From: Pseudovirgaria hyperparasitica
Taxonomy: Eukaryota
Strand: one strand, 5' to 3'
Length of the DNA: 64,000 nt
Assembly (NCBI GenBank): GCA_010093815.1
Contig: ML996576.1
Translations under genes and position numbers: made by a program
Part shown: in pieces, positions 9,684-24,527 of the stretch
Layout: each line of letters opens with the position of its first letter
How positions within the stretch are numbered: the stretch's first letter is position 1
The notes under the pieces: model-generated
What the model was told of the DNA's origin: nothing
Databases searched by the model: none
What the model saw: only the letters and a program-made list of their open reading frames with translations

Positions 9684-12580
9684 TCACATGACAGCACACT
9701 CTCTATCAGGTCGATCCTCCTTGTCCTTAGAATCCAGGAATCCACCCGGTCCCATGCTCCTCGACCTCTTCTTCTTTGAGACACGCTTACCCTTTGACCT
9801 TCCCATCGACCCGTGCTTCGAGTGCTCCTCACCATTACCAAGACCAGAATCACTGATCTCGACGGCAAAATCGTCTCTATCTGCAAGTCGATCTCGGCTC
9901 TTGCGTCCAGTCAACAGACCAACAGTAGCCGCGAGACGACTCTCACCACTTTGGCTATGGGGTCGGCTTTTGGACTTGCTTTTCTCGGCTTTGCTGCTTC
10001 GCGTTGAAGCAGGCTGTAGGTGGAATCGACCGTCTTCAGTAGGACTTGAAGGGGCGGTATTGCCCCGTGTACTGATGGAGCCAGCAGTACTAACGTCTTC
10101 GAAGACCACGCTGGTACGATTGCTAGACATGCTTGATCTTCCCACGGGAACTGATTTGTGATGTGGCGCGGTGGCGATGGGAAGGTCTAGACTAGGTGCT
10201 CGTGGTGTAGGATCAGATGCAACGTGGTTGAGATGTCCTGTTTCAGTAACAGGTCTTGCTTCTGGTGTGTTTTCGACTCGGGGCGACGTGGGTTCGATCG
10301 TAGCGATTATCGGTATCGTGTCTGTATCCCCAGGGGCAGGAGCAGGGGAATATGGTAGTCCTTGAATCATGTATTCAGCTTCTTTCTCTGATAGAATATT
10401 GAAGTCCTCTCTTGATACGTCAGCAGAGAACTTGTTCATGCTTGCTTCGTAGTAGCCAGGTGGGCTGCCGCGAGCGAGTTCGTCATTGATAGGTTCGACT
10501 CGGAAAAATAGCAAATACGGCGACTCTGCCCTGAGCGCCTCATGTATGTCAATACTCTTTACACGCTGGGAGGCAAGATCGTCGAACAAGAACCACTGAG
10601 TGGACTGATATGGTGGTAGTGATGTATCGGTGACATTACGTTCGTGTGGTAGTCGTGCATCGCCTCGTACCAGGGATATGTAGTGGCCAGAGTTGACGGA
10701 CCTACCACGATGACATACTACTGATTGCAACGAAAGTTTGAAATTTCCGAATAGAGGCCCTTCGTCGTCCATTCTGTCATCAGAAACAAAGTGAGGCAGT
10801 GCTATCTCGAGTGGTATGTCTACAAACGTATCTATTCGTTTTGGTGTCCCATTTGATAGCATTGTATATCGTTTTAGGCAGATGCCGAGAATGGGCCTCT
10901 TGGCTGAGAAGTGAGCAGCAACCTGTGCATCGCTTTTGGGGGCGTTGTCAGTATACCAGGCTATAGTTAGGTCTTAGCCGAAACTTCAACATCAATACAG
11001 ACCAGCTATGCAGTGCTTACGTATCAAGCTGAAAAACTGCCACGCTGGCATCATCACCTCTTTCCGCATTGACCCACCCCTTGCTCGCCGTTTGGTAACC
11101 AGGGCGAGGTCATCTACGGGCTTTCTATCAGCCTTCTGGTCTGATTCAAGGCTTGTCTTTCTTGCTTGCACGAATCTCTCGCTGAATATGCTGTCTGTTC
11201 GAAGATAGCCTTTCGAGGGCCGCTTGGAGAATGTTGGGGTGCTAATGCTTGTTGGGGTTGTTGTTACTGGTGAATCAATGCCACTGTCTATCTCAAGTGT
11301 TTCGATATGGACAGCCTGGTCTTTGTTAATGTCGCTTGATCTGGACAACTGCAAAGTACTGCGGCGTTGGAGCAGATGTCGTTTTACTTCAATCTTATTA
11401 TTGAAGTAAGCCTCGAGACAGTCTTCGAGAGTGACGCTATTGCCCGAATCAGGTCCTGCATCAGGCAGTGCTACTTCAAGAAGCCTCTCGTTGACGAATT
11501 TGTGATCGTCCTGGGCGTCTTCCTTGCCAGTGTGGTATATGTCCATCTTCAAAGTCAATAGAGGCAGCTCCAATTTCTCGGTAATAAACGTGAAGGCCTC
11601 AGACGTGTCCTGTTGAGATATGTTCTTTGCTTCTTCCCACCCACAGCTTGCCAATGACTCCTGAATGTGACGGGTCTGAATTTCTCGTTAGGCCAGGAAT
11701 AGATATGATAATATGCTTAATTGCCTTACTATGTCTGTGGTTATCAATTTGCCAGAGCGAAGGAGGTTGACCCACAACCGTAGAAGCGCAGTCAGACGCC
11801 TTCGGGGCACGTCTTCAAAATTATTGAACAGCATTCCTTCAAAGCTGTCAAGGCGTGCGAACATCGCAAAGAGTAATGCATCAAGATAGCAAGTAACCAT
11901 TTCACGGTTTTGTGCTCCCAACATAGGCACCTCTGGGTCAGGTTCTTTCAATATACCCACAATAGAATCCTCGAATAGAACCAGTAGATCATATGCTTGC
12001 TCTGTATCACCATTACTGAGGCTCGATCGGAGCGCATATTCGATCTGGGCATCTTTCAAATTCGTGATCCCAACTTTGTGTAACCTCTGGGATAGACTTT
12101 TGACCTGCAGGAATTATTAATATATTGCAAATCTCGATAAGCTACTTTCTTGTTGGACGTACTTTCTTCTCTTCCTCTTTGTCGCCTTTCACGGCCTCAG
12201 CCGTAGTGAACACTCCGTACAAGTCGGAGGATGCGGTTGGTGCATTCTGGTCGTTCACGGTATTCGGTCAGCTATGTTCTCATTCATGGTATAGGATATA
12301 AGCCAAATGCTAGGGATATATGCTTCAGCCTTACGCAACCAAAAGTGCTCGTAAGGCGTCTCAATTGGGAGAGGAAACAGCGGTTGCAAAGAGCTCGTCG
12401 ATTCAATCGAGCTCGATAGCTAGACACTGTGACCGGCGGAAGTGTAGGCGAAAGTGATGATACTCTTGAATACGCCTGGTGACGACATGGAAACATGCAG
12501 CATACATTACGCTCCTTGCTCCGGCCAGGGCGGTTCGAACGTTTCTCGCGCCGGCTCAGAAACCTGGTCATGCCATTCAT
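9684..12580 (-). CDS. Ubiquitin-specific protease (CYLD-like USP); multi-exon
   Basis: Cys box NREMVTCYLDALLFAMF, QQDTSEAF, His box VVCHRGRSVNSGHYIS, and WFLFDD. Start taken at MNGMTRFLSRREK (approximate). Confidence 0.85.
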
Positions 12581-13107
12581 GATAGTTTTGCCTTGAATAT
12601 GTGTTGAAGACATCCATGAGGTTTACCTTGTTGAAGGTTGATATCGGCTTGTCAAAACTCTTTTTATTCCATTTGTAGAGGCGGGATGCTGTGCTCAAGC
12701 CGGTGGGGTAGGCAGTAAAGGTAAAGATAGGTATCAAGTTCGTGGACGCTTGTAACGATGACGCGGTGTATCTAGCTGGGGACTATGGAGAAGAATCCAT
12801 GGATCAAGTATAATCGATTAAGATATGTGATGTGAGGGATATGCGAATGGGTTAAGCAGCAAAGTAGTTAAATTAATCAGGTAACTGTGCGGACAAGGAC
12901 TGTTTGGGTCGGCAGCAACAGCATCCCCGCCCCGTCTCAGCCACATATCCCCATTTCAGCCACATATCTAAGTAGAGGTAGGTATTTAAGCTAAGGTAGC
13001 TAGCGTACCCGCATTCCGCTGAAGAGGCCTGCTCCCTAAGATTGAGCTTCCTACAGGATACAGAACGTGGAGTAAACTTTCTTCTCATCACAACCACATT
13101 GGCAACG

Positions 13108-14261
13108 ATGGCCCTCCGTGAAGCAGTGTCATCATTTCGCACTGCCTCACGAGCGGCTTTGCGACCACTGCCCCAGTATCACACTAATGCTCTTGCTGTG
13201 CGATACAACTCTACAGCAGCTCTCGATTCAGCATCAGAAGATCTCGAACCGTCATCCTCCTTTGGCGCGAGTGCACCTCAAGAGGACTTGGTGGCACAAT
13301 TTGACCCACTATCATGGAGTAGGGGAAGGAAAAAACAGCTTCCTCCGAGCAGGTTTGGCATCCACATTCGCGGCCGTTGGCTCGTGCTAATTCGGATCGT
13401 AGATACCGCTACCGACCCCCGAAGTACTATCGTGGACCTCTTCATCCCAATCAGCCGCCTCCTGAATCAGATCCAGCTTCTAGGGCATTTCGACCTGGTC
13501 CTTTCATGAAGACGCGTCTAGAACAGACTCACGAAGCGACTATAGCCGCAGACTACATGACTTTGGTATACCAGCATTATCCTCCAGGCACACGACCATC
13601 AAAATCGGGACAACGGCTACGAGAGTGGGTTGGCGACTCTCCGTATTTTGAAAACCGACCTCTCAGAGCGCCTCGGGGAGGGACTACGCTTTCGCCGGTC
13701 CGAAAACCAATCACTTTCCGCAATGTCCCGCGCATTACGGGGGTCACTGTGCATTCATTTTGCAAAGACGGCATTAGCGAAAGCGCTTACATCCACGTTG
13801 CCAGTATGATCGTGCAGTCTGTTACAAATGTACGCTGTCAGACACACGAAAGCAGAACGACCGTCCAGCAATGGGCCTACAAGGCGCGCAGGACTGTAGC
13901 TGTAAAGGCGAAGCTAGATGTAGATGATGCACACGACTTCCTTGGCAAGACCATAGACATGGTGATGCCTAAGATCAAAGATTACAGTGGCGTTTCTGGG
14001 ACGTCCGGTGATAGCTGTGGCAATATCAGCTTTGGGTTCACCCCGGAACAAGTTGCGTACTATCCCGAGGTAGAGGCGATTTTCGACCAGTAAGCATACG
14101 TACCCCAATTGCCAGTGCCAATTACTGATAACCTTAGATATCCACCTCAGATGATTCCTGGCTTCCATGTTACAGTACACACATCGGCCGTCAACGACCG
14201 AGATGCGCGCCTACTCTTAGAGGCATATGGCATTCCATTTTATGGTAAACATGTAAACTAA
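13108..14261 (+). CDS. MRPL7: Mitochondrial large-subunit ribosomal protein uL5m
   Basis: RYRPPKYYRGPLHP, NVPRITGVTVH, VMPKIKDYSGVSGTSGDSCGNISFGF, YPEVE. Last exon YPPQMIPGFHVTVHTSAVNDRDARLLLEAYGIPFYGK. Two introns. Confidence 0.92.
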
Positions 14262-15022
14262 GAGAGCATCACATCACTCTCATGTATATATTGTAACGAG
14301 AAACTGGGGCGAGTGACGGCACTCGCTCTTGGTCTGGTATGTAATAAAACTCTGAAAGCTTGTATGCCAACTATGAAATTGTCCTATGGTATCATGTTGC
14401 TTCTGTGTATACACAATGCTCAGCATTCTGAATGCTGATCTTGTGTCCGTCGTATCCAGCACCAAAAACCTACAGCATGTCTACAAGTCTCAATTTGGCG
14501 AGGGAGGCTTGCGTGCGGGCTTGGAGGCCTGGCGATGGAACTTTCCACCTTGTACATGTTTGCGCTATGCCAGACTCGGACGGAAAATGAATCACGTGCT
14601 GACGTGATGCGTCGCGTCAGTGGCGGATTAGGCAGCCCTCCATACAAAGAAATCTGGAAGGTCTTCACGAAAGTCTGGCGCCTTGGTAGTTTCTAGTATT
14701 TATTAATGTTCAAATTATTTTGCTTCTATTTTGAATTTTATCATCTCATCGTCTCATCATAACCTCACATTTCTGGGTGCATCGTGTCCAATTCGTGGTC
14801 GCCACTCGCTCGTTTCCTCTAGTAGCGCGTCTCCGTATCGCCAATCGCTGCGGGACGATCGATTAGCCACGCCTAGGGGGGCGGCAAACGCATTATCTAT
14901 CATCTCATGTACGTTATAACCTTTGCGAGTTTTTGTCACAGCATCCGTCTCTCCTTCTCACATCTCTGGTCCTCAATCACAATCATTTGCTTCCCTCAGT
15001 CAGTCCTTCATAAATTCACACA

Positions 15023-18000
15023 ATGGCTCCCAGAGGCAGGCCACCAATGAATCGGAAAGATCCAAGTACGGCAACCCGCAACCCCACAACACAACACCAT
15101 GTTCTTGCCACTAATGCATTTGCAGCTTCCGCACACAAGTCTGAGCAGAACGCTGATACACTCATAACACGCTCTTCAAGATCCTTGCGCTCGTCATTGG
15201 CCCACACACCTCCAGATCCAGTCCATGACATCACCACCGGGCAGCGTCAAACAGGAACACCACGACTTAAGAGACACAATCGTAGATTCCTTAAAGAGGT
15301 TGCAATAGTCAATATGCGCAAGCCACAAGCTCAGTGCGTGGCAAATAGCACGTCAACAGCATCCGTAGACTCGAAAGCGTCATCCAGAGACACTTCAGCA
15401 GAGTATGAAACACCTGGCACAAGCATGTCGGTCACTCCTGCAATTCGCTCGAAACCTGGGCACCCGGTGGCTTTGGCCCAAGATTCAATGGGCGAAGAGA
15501 CGGAAGCTGACCGCAGACTCGCCTTGGCACTCCAAGCGGAAGAATACGAAGTCGATATGTCAAAAGGCAAGAATCGGGCTGCTTCGAGCGCTGGCAAAGG
15601 CTTCATTGATGATTCCGAGGACGATGCACTCTCCGAAGCATTGTCCCTGGACAGCTCAGACTTTGAAACCATTACACCTCCTCGCAAAAGACAGAAGACT
15701 AAGGCTCCCACCAAGAGTAAAGTTGTCCGGCGCGCCAGCAACAAAGCTCGTCAACTGTTAAGTTCCTACACCGATCTCGTCGATGAAGATGTGTCTGAAG
15801 AAGGCTCCGAGGACGAATTCATCCTCGATACGTCAGAAATTCTGGGCATTGCATCCGATGGAGATTCAGATGTACCCATCAGAGACTTGCTCCCTGACCC
15901 TGCGATATTTGAAGACCTGAATGCCGGTCCCTCTCGTCCCAAGACTGCTGCTCGGATAGCTGCGAATAGCAAGAAGCGGGCGAAGAAAGCAGAGTCTAAC
16001 AGGCGCCTGCGAAAGTTTGCGCACATCCGTGATCGATGGGACCGAAAAAGGGCTATGAATCGGGATAGACTTGAAGAAGCGCATCCTAAACTTTTAACCA
16101 TGTGGCAAGATCTGGCAGACATTCCGGTCCTTAAACCTGTTGAAGCTACCCAACCTCCGTCTATCAACAGGAAGTTAAAATCTTTCCAGCTTGAAGGTCT
16201 CAATTGGATGATGAGACAAGAGAAGACACAATATAGAGGGGGACTTCTCGGTGACGAGATGGGAATGGGCAAGACCATTCAGGCCGTGTCGCTCATCATG
16301 TCCGACTATCCGGCAAGGGCTCCTTCGTTGGTCGTGGTCCCACCTGTGGCTCTCATGCAGTGGTCCAATGAGATCGCTGAATACACGGACGGCACTCTGA
16401 AAGTTCTTGTGTTTCATGGTACAAACTCAAAAACCAAGAACATGTCCGTTAGAGAATTGAAAAAGTACGATGTCATCATTGTGTCCTACAACAGCCTCGA
16501 GTCAATGCACAGAAAGGAAACCAAGGGATGGACTCGTGGTGACGATATCATCAAAGAAGCATCTGCGCTGATGGCAATCAAGTTTCACAGACTGATTTTA
16601 GACGAGGCCCACAGCATCAAATCTCGTAATACTGGAGTCGCCAAAGCATGCTTCGCTCTTCAAGGTGACTACAAGTGGTGTTTATCTGGCACACCTGTAC
16701 AGAACCGCATCGGTGAATTCTTCTCTCTGCTCAGGTTCCTTGAAATTCGACCATTTGCCGATTACTTCTGCCGAAGTTGCGATTGCGAGCAACTTCACTG
16801 GGCTCTTAACGATGAACACATGTGTCCTGCTTGCGACCATAGTGGTGCCGAACACGTGTCTATATTTAATCAAGAGCTCCTCAACCCCATAACTGGAGAT
16901 GTTGCGGCGCTCCGTTCAGACGCCATGGACAAACTTCACATGATAACTGCGCGCATGATGTTGCGGCGGATGAAACGCGATCATACTTCGTCCATGGAAC
17001 TACCACCAAAAGAGATAGTCATTCACAACGAATTCTTCGGCGAGATCGAGCGAGACTTTTCATCATCCATTATGACCAACACGACACGCAAGTTCGATAC
17101 TTACGTTGCGCAGGGTGTCATGCTGAACAACTACGCCAACATCTTCGGTCTCATCATGCAGATGCGCCAGGTCGCAAACCATCCAGACCTTCTCCTGAAG
17201 AAACACAGTGAAGGTGGTCAGAATGTCCTGGTCTGCAACATTTGCGATGAACCGGCCGAGGAAGCTATTCGATCTCGGTGCCATCACGAGTTTTGCCGCT
17301 CCTGCATCAAGTCATACATTCAGTCCGCTGGCGATGATAGTCCTGACTGCCCACGTTGCCACATTGCACTTTCCATTGACCTTGAACAACCGGACATCGA
17401 GCAGGATGAAGACATGGTCAAAAAGTCGTCGATCATCAATCGCATCAAGATGGAAAACTGGACGTCGTCCAGCAAGATCGAGATGCTTGTATACGATCTG
17501 TACAAGTTGCGTAGCAAGAAGCAAACCCTGAAGTCCATTGTTTTCTCGCAGTTCACGTCCATGCTGCAGCTTATCGAGTGGCGACTTCGTCGTGCTGGTT
17601 TCAATACTGTGATGCTCGACGGATCTATGACACCTGCGCAGCGTCAGAAAAGCATCGAATATTTTATGAAAAACGCAGATGTGGAAGTCTTTCTAGTATC
17701 GCTCAAAGCAGGTGGCGTGGCTCTCAACCTCACAGAAGCTTCTCGTGTGTTCATCGTGGATCCGTAAGTTATTCTAGTTGCTATCAGAACGGCGTGAGTG
17801 CTAATTTCAATTCAGTTGGTGGAACCCTGCTGCGGAATGGCAATCTGCTGATCGTTGCCACCGAATTGGACAAAAACGTCCATGTGTGATCACACGACTA
17901 GTCATTGAAGATTCTGTCGAATCAAGGATGGTATTATTACAAGAGAAGAAAGCCGCTATGATTAGTGGTACCATCAATAATGACAAAGTCGCTATGGACA

Positions 18001-18044
18001 AGCTGTCGCCAGAGGATTTGCAGTTCTTGTTTCGTGGCACTTGA
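15023..18044 (+). CDS. RAD16: Rad16 SNF2 helicase/RING nucleotide-excision-repair protein
   Basis: [36 protein letters not shown]...CHHEFCRSC...[21 protein letters not shown]. Final exon [19 protein letters not shown]...[12 protein letters not shown]. Confidence 0.96.
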
Positions 18045-19548
18045 AGAGCAATCCAACAGCGAAAACATGAATTTGAATTCTCGAATAACACTCGATGATA
18101 CGGACCGTGGGCAGCTAAAGCGCTTGGTACCAAACGCTTTGCTGACACAATTGTCGTGGCGCGCCTTGTAGCAACCTTAGCAACTACGCTAGTTGGTCAA
18201 CCCACAGATACATCGAATTATGGCCTGGTCAACTTTGGGTCCTGTGTGGTATAACACACCCTTCAATCCCAGGTCACAGACAGGCAGCTGCAAGCCGATA
18301 CATCAGCATAAGGGAATCTGTTGATATTTGGACAAATCATGCATACAACCAATGCATGTTTTGAAGCTATCATATCGGTCTTTATGTCGTATGAAGGTGC
18401 GAAGTCTCCGATAGCACATTCTGTGTAGTGTTATCACGCTTATCAATATATACCGTGGCTCTGACTGGCTGTCTCTCCTCATGTCTTCCGGGTCGGTACT
18501 TGCATGTATGATGTGCATCTTTTTCGCATAGCGAGTGAGTGTAGATTGTGGCGGTACATGATTTGTGTTGCGTTGGCTATTGATTCTTGACTTGTGTCTT
18601 TTGGTCCAATATAGCTGCGGTCCTTGTACGTCTGCACAGCCCTGCGATTTATGAGGAAAGTGGTAGCGGATGCGTAATTATGGAGCTGTCAATAGCCCAG
18701 GACTTTCTCTGGCGCGATTTCTCTCCCTACATATCGTAGATATATCTTAGACCTCGAAGGCTGTATACCCTCTGAGATCTATTCATGATGAATGCTACGG
18801 ACTGGCAGTCTGAGATTAATACGTTACATAAGCCCACAGAGCGCTCATTTGGGGTACAGGGGTCGTTTAGAAACACCCACATGTAAAGCCTACAGGTCAT
18901 CGAAGCTTTCCCCCTGATTGCCCTCTTGTGTTCTTTCGAATGTTAGATCCAGGTATCAGAGCTCGACTATGTTTCCCCCATCCTGCTGCTTCTATCAAGA
19001 GTTCCTGTGTAGCCGCCCCATTGAGGCTCGCAGTCCCTAGCCTATTTCTAGATTGAATGACTAGTACCTTTATACTCTTCGCTCCCTTATTTTCATCGTG
19101 ATAGGCCAAGTTATCTCTGGTGACTGCCAACTGGGCGGTCTTCGCCGCCGAATCGGGACTAGCAACTGGCCTGCTCAAAACCTCACTTCCATAGTCTCTG
19201 TCTCCTATCAATGATATATCCTATAATTCTATTGAAATGATCTTGTTACTCTATAGAATTACTCTTCGGGCCGTACTCTGGGGTATCAGAGGTGGAAGAG
19301 TGAAGCCTGCAGCAGTCTATGCCTATTTAGGCCAGATAGCGACTTTGACCAGCTAGTAAGTTACTCACTCCGAAGAAATGGGTGAAACGCCCCATCCGAT
19401 CACTGCTGCCTGTTACTCCAATCGACTGCAATTTCCGCTAACTCTACTCCGATCAGGCGCTGAATCCTGCCATCATCAACATGCATCACCATTAGTATTT
19501 CCATCTTATTTCACACGTTATGCCACCGGGCTGTGCGTGATCGATATT

Positions 19549-21608
19549 ATGATGGGTGTAATCAAAGTCGCAACTCCGAAAACGGCTCTTACAGAAGAAG
19601 AGGCACTGGATACTGATGCTGACATAACCCCTAAGCTCTATAGTTTACAAAACACCATCAAATTCAAAGATGCACTCAATTTGCGCCGCTCAGAAATCGA
19701 GAATCTCATTCATCGCCATCTAGGTATATCACAGTCCGATTTTGTGCTGAGCGAACGTGCGGAATGGATATGTGGCAGCTTCAATATCTGTCTGCCAATC
19801 CATATCAGCAGCACTCACCATCTGAAGCTTCCCCAAAGGGCTCTCATTCGCTTTCCGCTTCCCTTCGGTGTTGGAGAGACCTTTGATCCCGGGAATGCTG
19901 ATGAAAAGCTACGTTGCGAAGCAGCGACATATATTTGGCTGCAGAGCAACTGCCCTACTATACCTATCCCTCGCTTGTTAGGGATGGGGTTTCCAGGAAT
20001 GCAGTCGGTACTTATCTATCCAACCTAGTGAATGCTAATAGCCATGTGTTGACGAATGGACTTTCAGTTTACAGCGATCGAAAATGAATCCCTATGGAAC
20101 CGCATTGTTTGGTATGTGCGACGCAGCTTAACATGGATGCACGGGAGCACGCTTCCACCTTACTTCGCCCACCAACGCAACTGCCTCTTCGATCATGGCT
20201 ATCTGCTCATGGAATACGTGGAAGAAGGTAGAATGCTCTCTTCTAGCTGGGCTAAACATCGTGGGGACGAAAACCGGCAAGGCAATCTCTATCGCAGCCT
20301 CGCCAAAATCATGCTCAGTCTGGCGAGCGTACCACTCCCTCGCATTGGCTCTTGGACAATGGACGACCGAGGTGTTATCTCGCTAACGAATCGCCCGCTT
20401 CTGGACCTCACACTTCTATGGAGTAGACACCGCATTCCGACAGACATACCAAGAGTAGGTAAAACCCTTCTTAAATCTCAAGGAATGTGGGACGTCTGAT
20501 ATCATTGCTCTCCTACTAATACTGAGTCATTTAGAACATGACTTATTCTTCCACGCAGCCGTTTGTTCACGACCTGCTTACTCTGCAGGACACTCGCATG
20601 CGCTACCAGCTAAACTCCATCCTCAGTATTACTGACGGCTTATACCAACTTTCAGCGCTTACGGCCTTGCGAAGCCTGATTTCTCGGTTCTGGGACCACC
20701 ACACACGCAATGGTCCCTTCGTTCTTACCCTGGCTGACTTACATCAAAGCAATATTCTTGTCGACGACGAATGGAACATTACGCGATTGATTGACTTTGA
20801 GTTTGCGCCTGTTCGTCCTGTGCAGATGAATCATGTGCCGTATTGGCTTAGTGACAAAGGCGTCGATCAACTCGCCGGGCCGGACCTTGATGAATACAAA
20901 GCCCTCTACGATGAGTTCCTTACCGTTCTTGAAAGAGAGGAAATTGAGGGACAGCATTCCAGCATGTACAGTCAAAAGCTGCGCGAGGATTGGGATACAG
21001 GGAGGCTTTGGTTCTCCATGGCGTTAGGTAGCATCAATGCGTTTCCGGCGATTTTTGAACAGCATCTCCAGCCGAAGTTTTACACGGAGTTTGAAATGGA
21101 CCCTGAGGGAAAAGCATTAGCGAACCTTTGGGATACAAACGTTTTCGACTTTATAGACAAGAAGCTTGAAGACCAGAAAAGGTACAAGGAAGAAGTCCAC
21201 AAAATCTTCGCTGAGATTGGATTTGTTTGTGAGGGTGAGGAGACGGAGGGCGCTGCGAATGCGGAAGGTCAAGAAAAGACCGAGACCGGGGCTTGTAAGA
21301 GCGAGGAGGAGAAGGAGGTCACTGTGAATGTAGAATATCAAGAGAAGACTGTGACGGGCACTTGTAAGAGTGGGGAAGAGGTTGCTGTGATTACAGAAGA
21401 GCAAGGGAGGACCGCGACTGAGGTTGGTGAGATCAAGTCAGAGATCACTGTGAGTGTAGTAGATCAAGGTGAGACTGCGATGAAGGCTTGTGAGAGTGCG
21501 GAAGACGTTGCTGCAAATGGTGAAGACCGGGGCGAGACTGGACCGAGTGCTTGTGAAAGTGACTCGGAGATCGCAGTGAGCGTAGCAAGAGATCAAGGAG
21601 AGTCCTAA
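19549..21608 (+). CDS. Aminoglycoside phosphotransferase/kinase-like fold protein with acidic repeat tail; 3 exons
   Basis: WICGSFNIC, IRFPLP, EKLRCEAATY, IPIPRL, YLLMEYV, LADLHQSNILVD and IDFEFA motifs. Confidence 0.8.
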
Positions 21609-24031
21609 TCTTGGAATCAACCATCGTATGGAGAACTATATACATATACCTAGAGACCATTTACTTCGTTATCATCAGACATTCCACGACAGCTTGGAGA
21701 CGAAGTTATAAAAGCATAATAAAGACATGCCTTCATAATCCAATGCTCGTCAAAATGAGTTTCTGAGTCCCATTCTGGGAGCTGTTTGTTAAATGTTATA
21801 TACAGATGTGTTATAGATGATACTGACCACATATTTAGGCTCTATGTCTGGGCGTGGGACTTTGTGAAACTGGAAATCGGTGATCTGATGCATGGATGCA
21901 TTCCTTCGTTCTCAGAGCTTCAGATCAATATTTCTCAAGCCATCGTCCCTCCGGCTCTCCAAATAGTGCACCGGAACAATGTTGCTTTCATAAAACTGTC
22001 TCTATTTCATTCTCTTAGTGTACATGTGCCTGAAGAATAATGCAAGTGTCTCACTACGAACATGATTGAACTAAATTGAGATTGCCGCGGCTCTACCTTT
22101 CATCCGAAGAGCCTGGAAGACCGTTGCTCTGAAATCTCGACAAACTTTCTCCACCCCTCTAAGTGGTCCGGTTCTCCTTTAGGAACCCCGTCCGGTCGAG
22201 GGGGCGCGTCTGCAGACTGTCGCACCCCTGAAACTCTCTGCTTACACTTGACCCACTCTACAGTTGAGTTAAGACTGTTTGGCTCTGGTGGTGGCTCTTC
22301 GCTGCAAACAGCAAGACCGACGAAGATCCCAACAGCCTGAAGCCGTTAGAAATGTTAATAAAAGCTAGTAGCGACTTTCAAATAGACTCACGAACGAGAT
22401 CAAGCCGGTACATAATACAAGTGGGGCTCCTCCTTGCTGGTAAAGACGTATCCAGGCGCTGGTTGGGTCGCTCATTTTGTGGACAGATGGGAATATGTGT
22501 GACTTGGAGATCATGTATCATATTGAGGTAGAACTCGAATCTTTGTAGTTTAAATAAGTGAGTCGAATAACAAGTCACATAATCGAAGAATACCTTGTGA
22601 AAGGTCTGGTGCCGTAAGAAGTTCCTTCACAGCCGCGATATGAGTGCGTGTTATTGAATGTAGTGATGCTACTCGTAGTATGCACAATGCATATATTAGA
22701 TTCACGACAGCTTTCCAGTCTTCCCGGGTGGGATCGTCGAAGTATTCGGACAATGTTGTAGAAGAAGTATATTGATGCATCACTGCCACACAAGCTATAT
22801 ATGTCTACATCACAACAAAATGGGTTCGATATACTACTTGTGGGAAATAAGAATGGTTGCGCATGCCCCAAAAATAGAGTCAGATCATGAGGTTGAAACA
22901 TAGAACGAGCGTGTTAACAGAATTTAACCAAGGGTTCACAGGTATTCACCAAGGTCTTTAAGCACGATTACGCAAGAAGCTTCATAGTATCCGGTGTATC
23001 GGTACTACAAGACACAGAAACTTGACTTGCATTTTATAAGATGAAGATATATAAGCTCGCAAGTGAACTTTAAACACAATGGTGAATCGGCTACTAGACA
23101 AGATATCATTAGTCATGTTCCACATCGAGCTCATGTGTACGATGTTCAACTACTGGCAAGAAAGGTTCATTTCACATGCCGCCTAATGAATATCGCACCT
23201 TCCTCTACACAGGGTCAGCTCTAAATAATAGGATCATTCTATAGTTGCCTCTGTGTATGACTGACGATTATGTCGTAGCCTGCTATATATCTTTCCTCAG
23301 CGTGCTATATATGCCATATATCCGAGCATGTTATGGATTTAGGAATATATGATCTTTGAGCATATTCTCTTAGCTACAATCTTAAAATAGTGAGCAGGCC
23401 CTAATGACAGAACATGGAATGGCCCAATATTAATGGTAACCTTGTCAGAGATGGCAGATACTTCTGAGCTCGTGCCCAGGTCAATCACAGTGTGCAATGA
23501 CGTCATCTCTGTGTTCAACATAAAAAAGGGGAAACGCAACAGAGACCGCGCAAAACTTGAAGACGATGTACATCGAAGTAGTCAAACATTTTCTATGCAA
23601 CAAATTAGACTTAAGCCTTTCTCTATGCAGGTTTATAAAAAGGAGATTGCTCGTACTCTTAATCGTCTTGCTTGATGACAGCAAATTTCGCTCTGTCAAC
23701 ATGAATGACCTGAGTGAGAATGGCCTTCAGAATCATAGTACATTCAGAACACAATGCTGCAGTAATGGTTCAGGATCATTTTCAAAGGGGAACCCCAGCT
23801 TCATAGCTCCAGATCAGGTAGTATGTTATGCGTATGCGGGGAAACGGAAACTATACGCAGTTAGGCAAGCTCGCGTCTGCCCGAGGTCATCCAAACTTTG
23901 ATTCCGATGCTTATATAGACATCCTATCTCATCACACTGACTCCACTCTTTTGTCTCTGCGCTACTCTTCGTCCCAGTCTGTATCTGATCACACAACGAA
24001 ACACCCCGATTCTACCAATCCTCCCGCAGCC

Positions 24032-24527
24032 ATGGCCTCTAATAACAATAACAGCATATCCCCCCTCATCAAGGTCCATCCCCTCCCTTTTCCCATCACA
24101 CACCCTACTAACCCCACCCCCGTAGCCTCTCGCCACGCTCGCAGGCTGGACCTTCGTGCAGCAAATCTGGATGCACACCACCCGCATCCAGGCAATCGGC
24201 AGATACAACATCAGCATGGACCCCTCTATCAATGACGCCGAGCTCGCCACCAAAGTGCCCATCGAGTACCGGCGCGTCGCAAACAACTACAACCACCTGC
24301 ACGAGCAGCCGACGGTGTTCTATGCCGTCACGCTGGCACTGGCGCTCGTGCGTGATGACAGTGTGTATACGCTTGCGGGTGTCTGGGGTTATGTTGCGGT
24401 GCGAGTTGTGCATTCGTTGTATCAGAGCTTGGCGAATCGCATCATGACTAGGTTTAGGATCTTTGCGGCTGGGTCTGTCGTGTTGGGCGCGTTGACAGGG
24501 AGGTTGGCAGTTTTGGCGTTTGCGTAG
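24032..24527 (+). CDS. MAPEG-family membrane protein
   Basis: MASNNNNSISPLIK|PLATLAGWTFVQQIWMHTTRI...RRVANNYNHLHEQPTVFYA...WGYVAVRVVHSLYQ. The NxxEQP and YVxxRxxHS motifs are typical of the family. One intron. Confidence 0.85.

Noticed and set aside
22050..23900. Possible decayed gene fragments
   Set aside because: Protein-like fragments occur in different frames but no family or consistent splice model could be supported.
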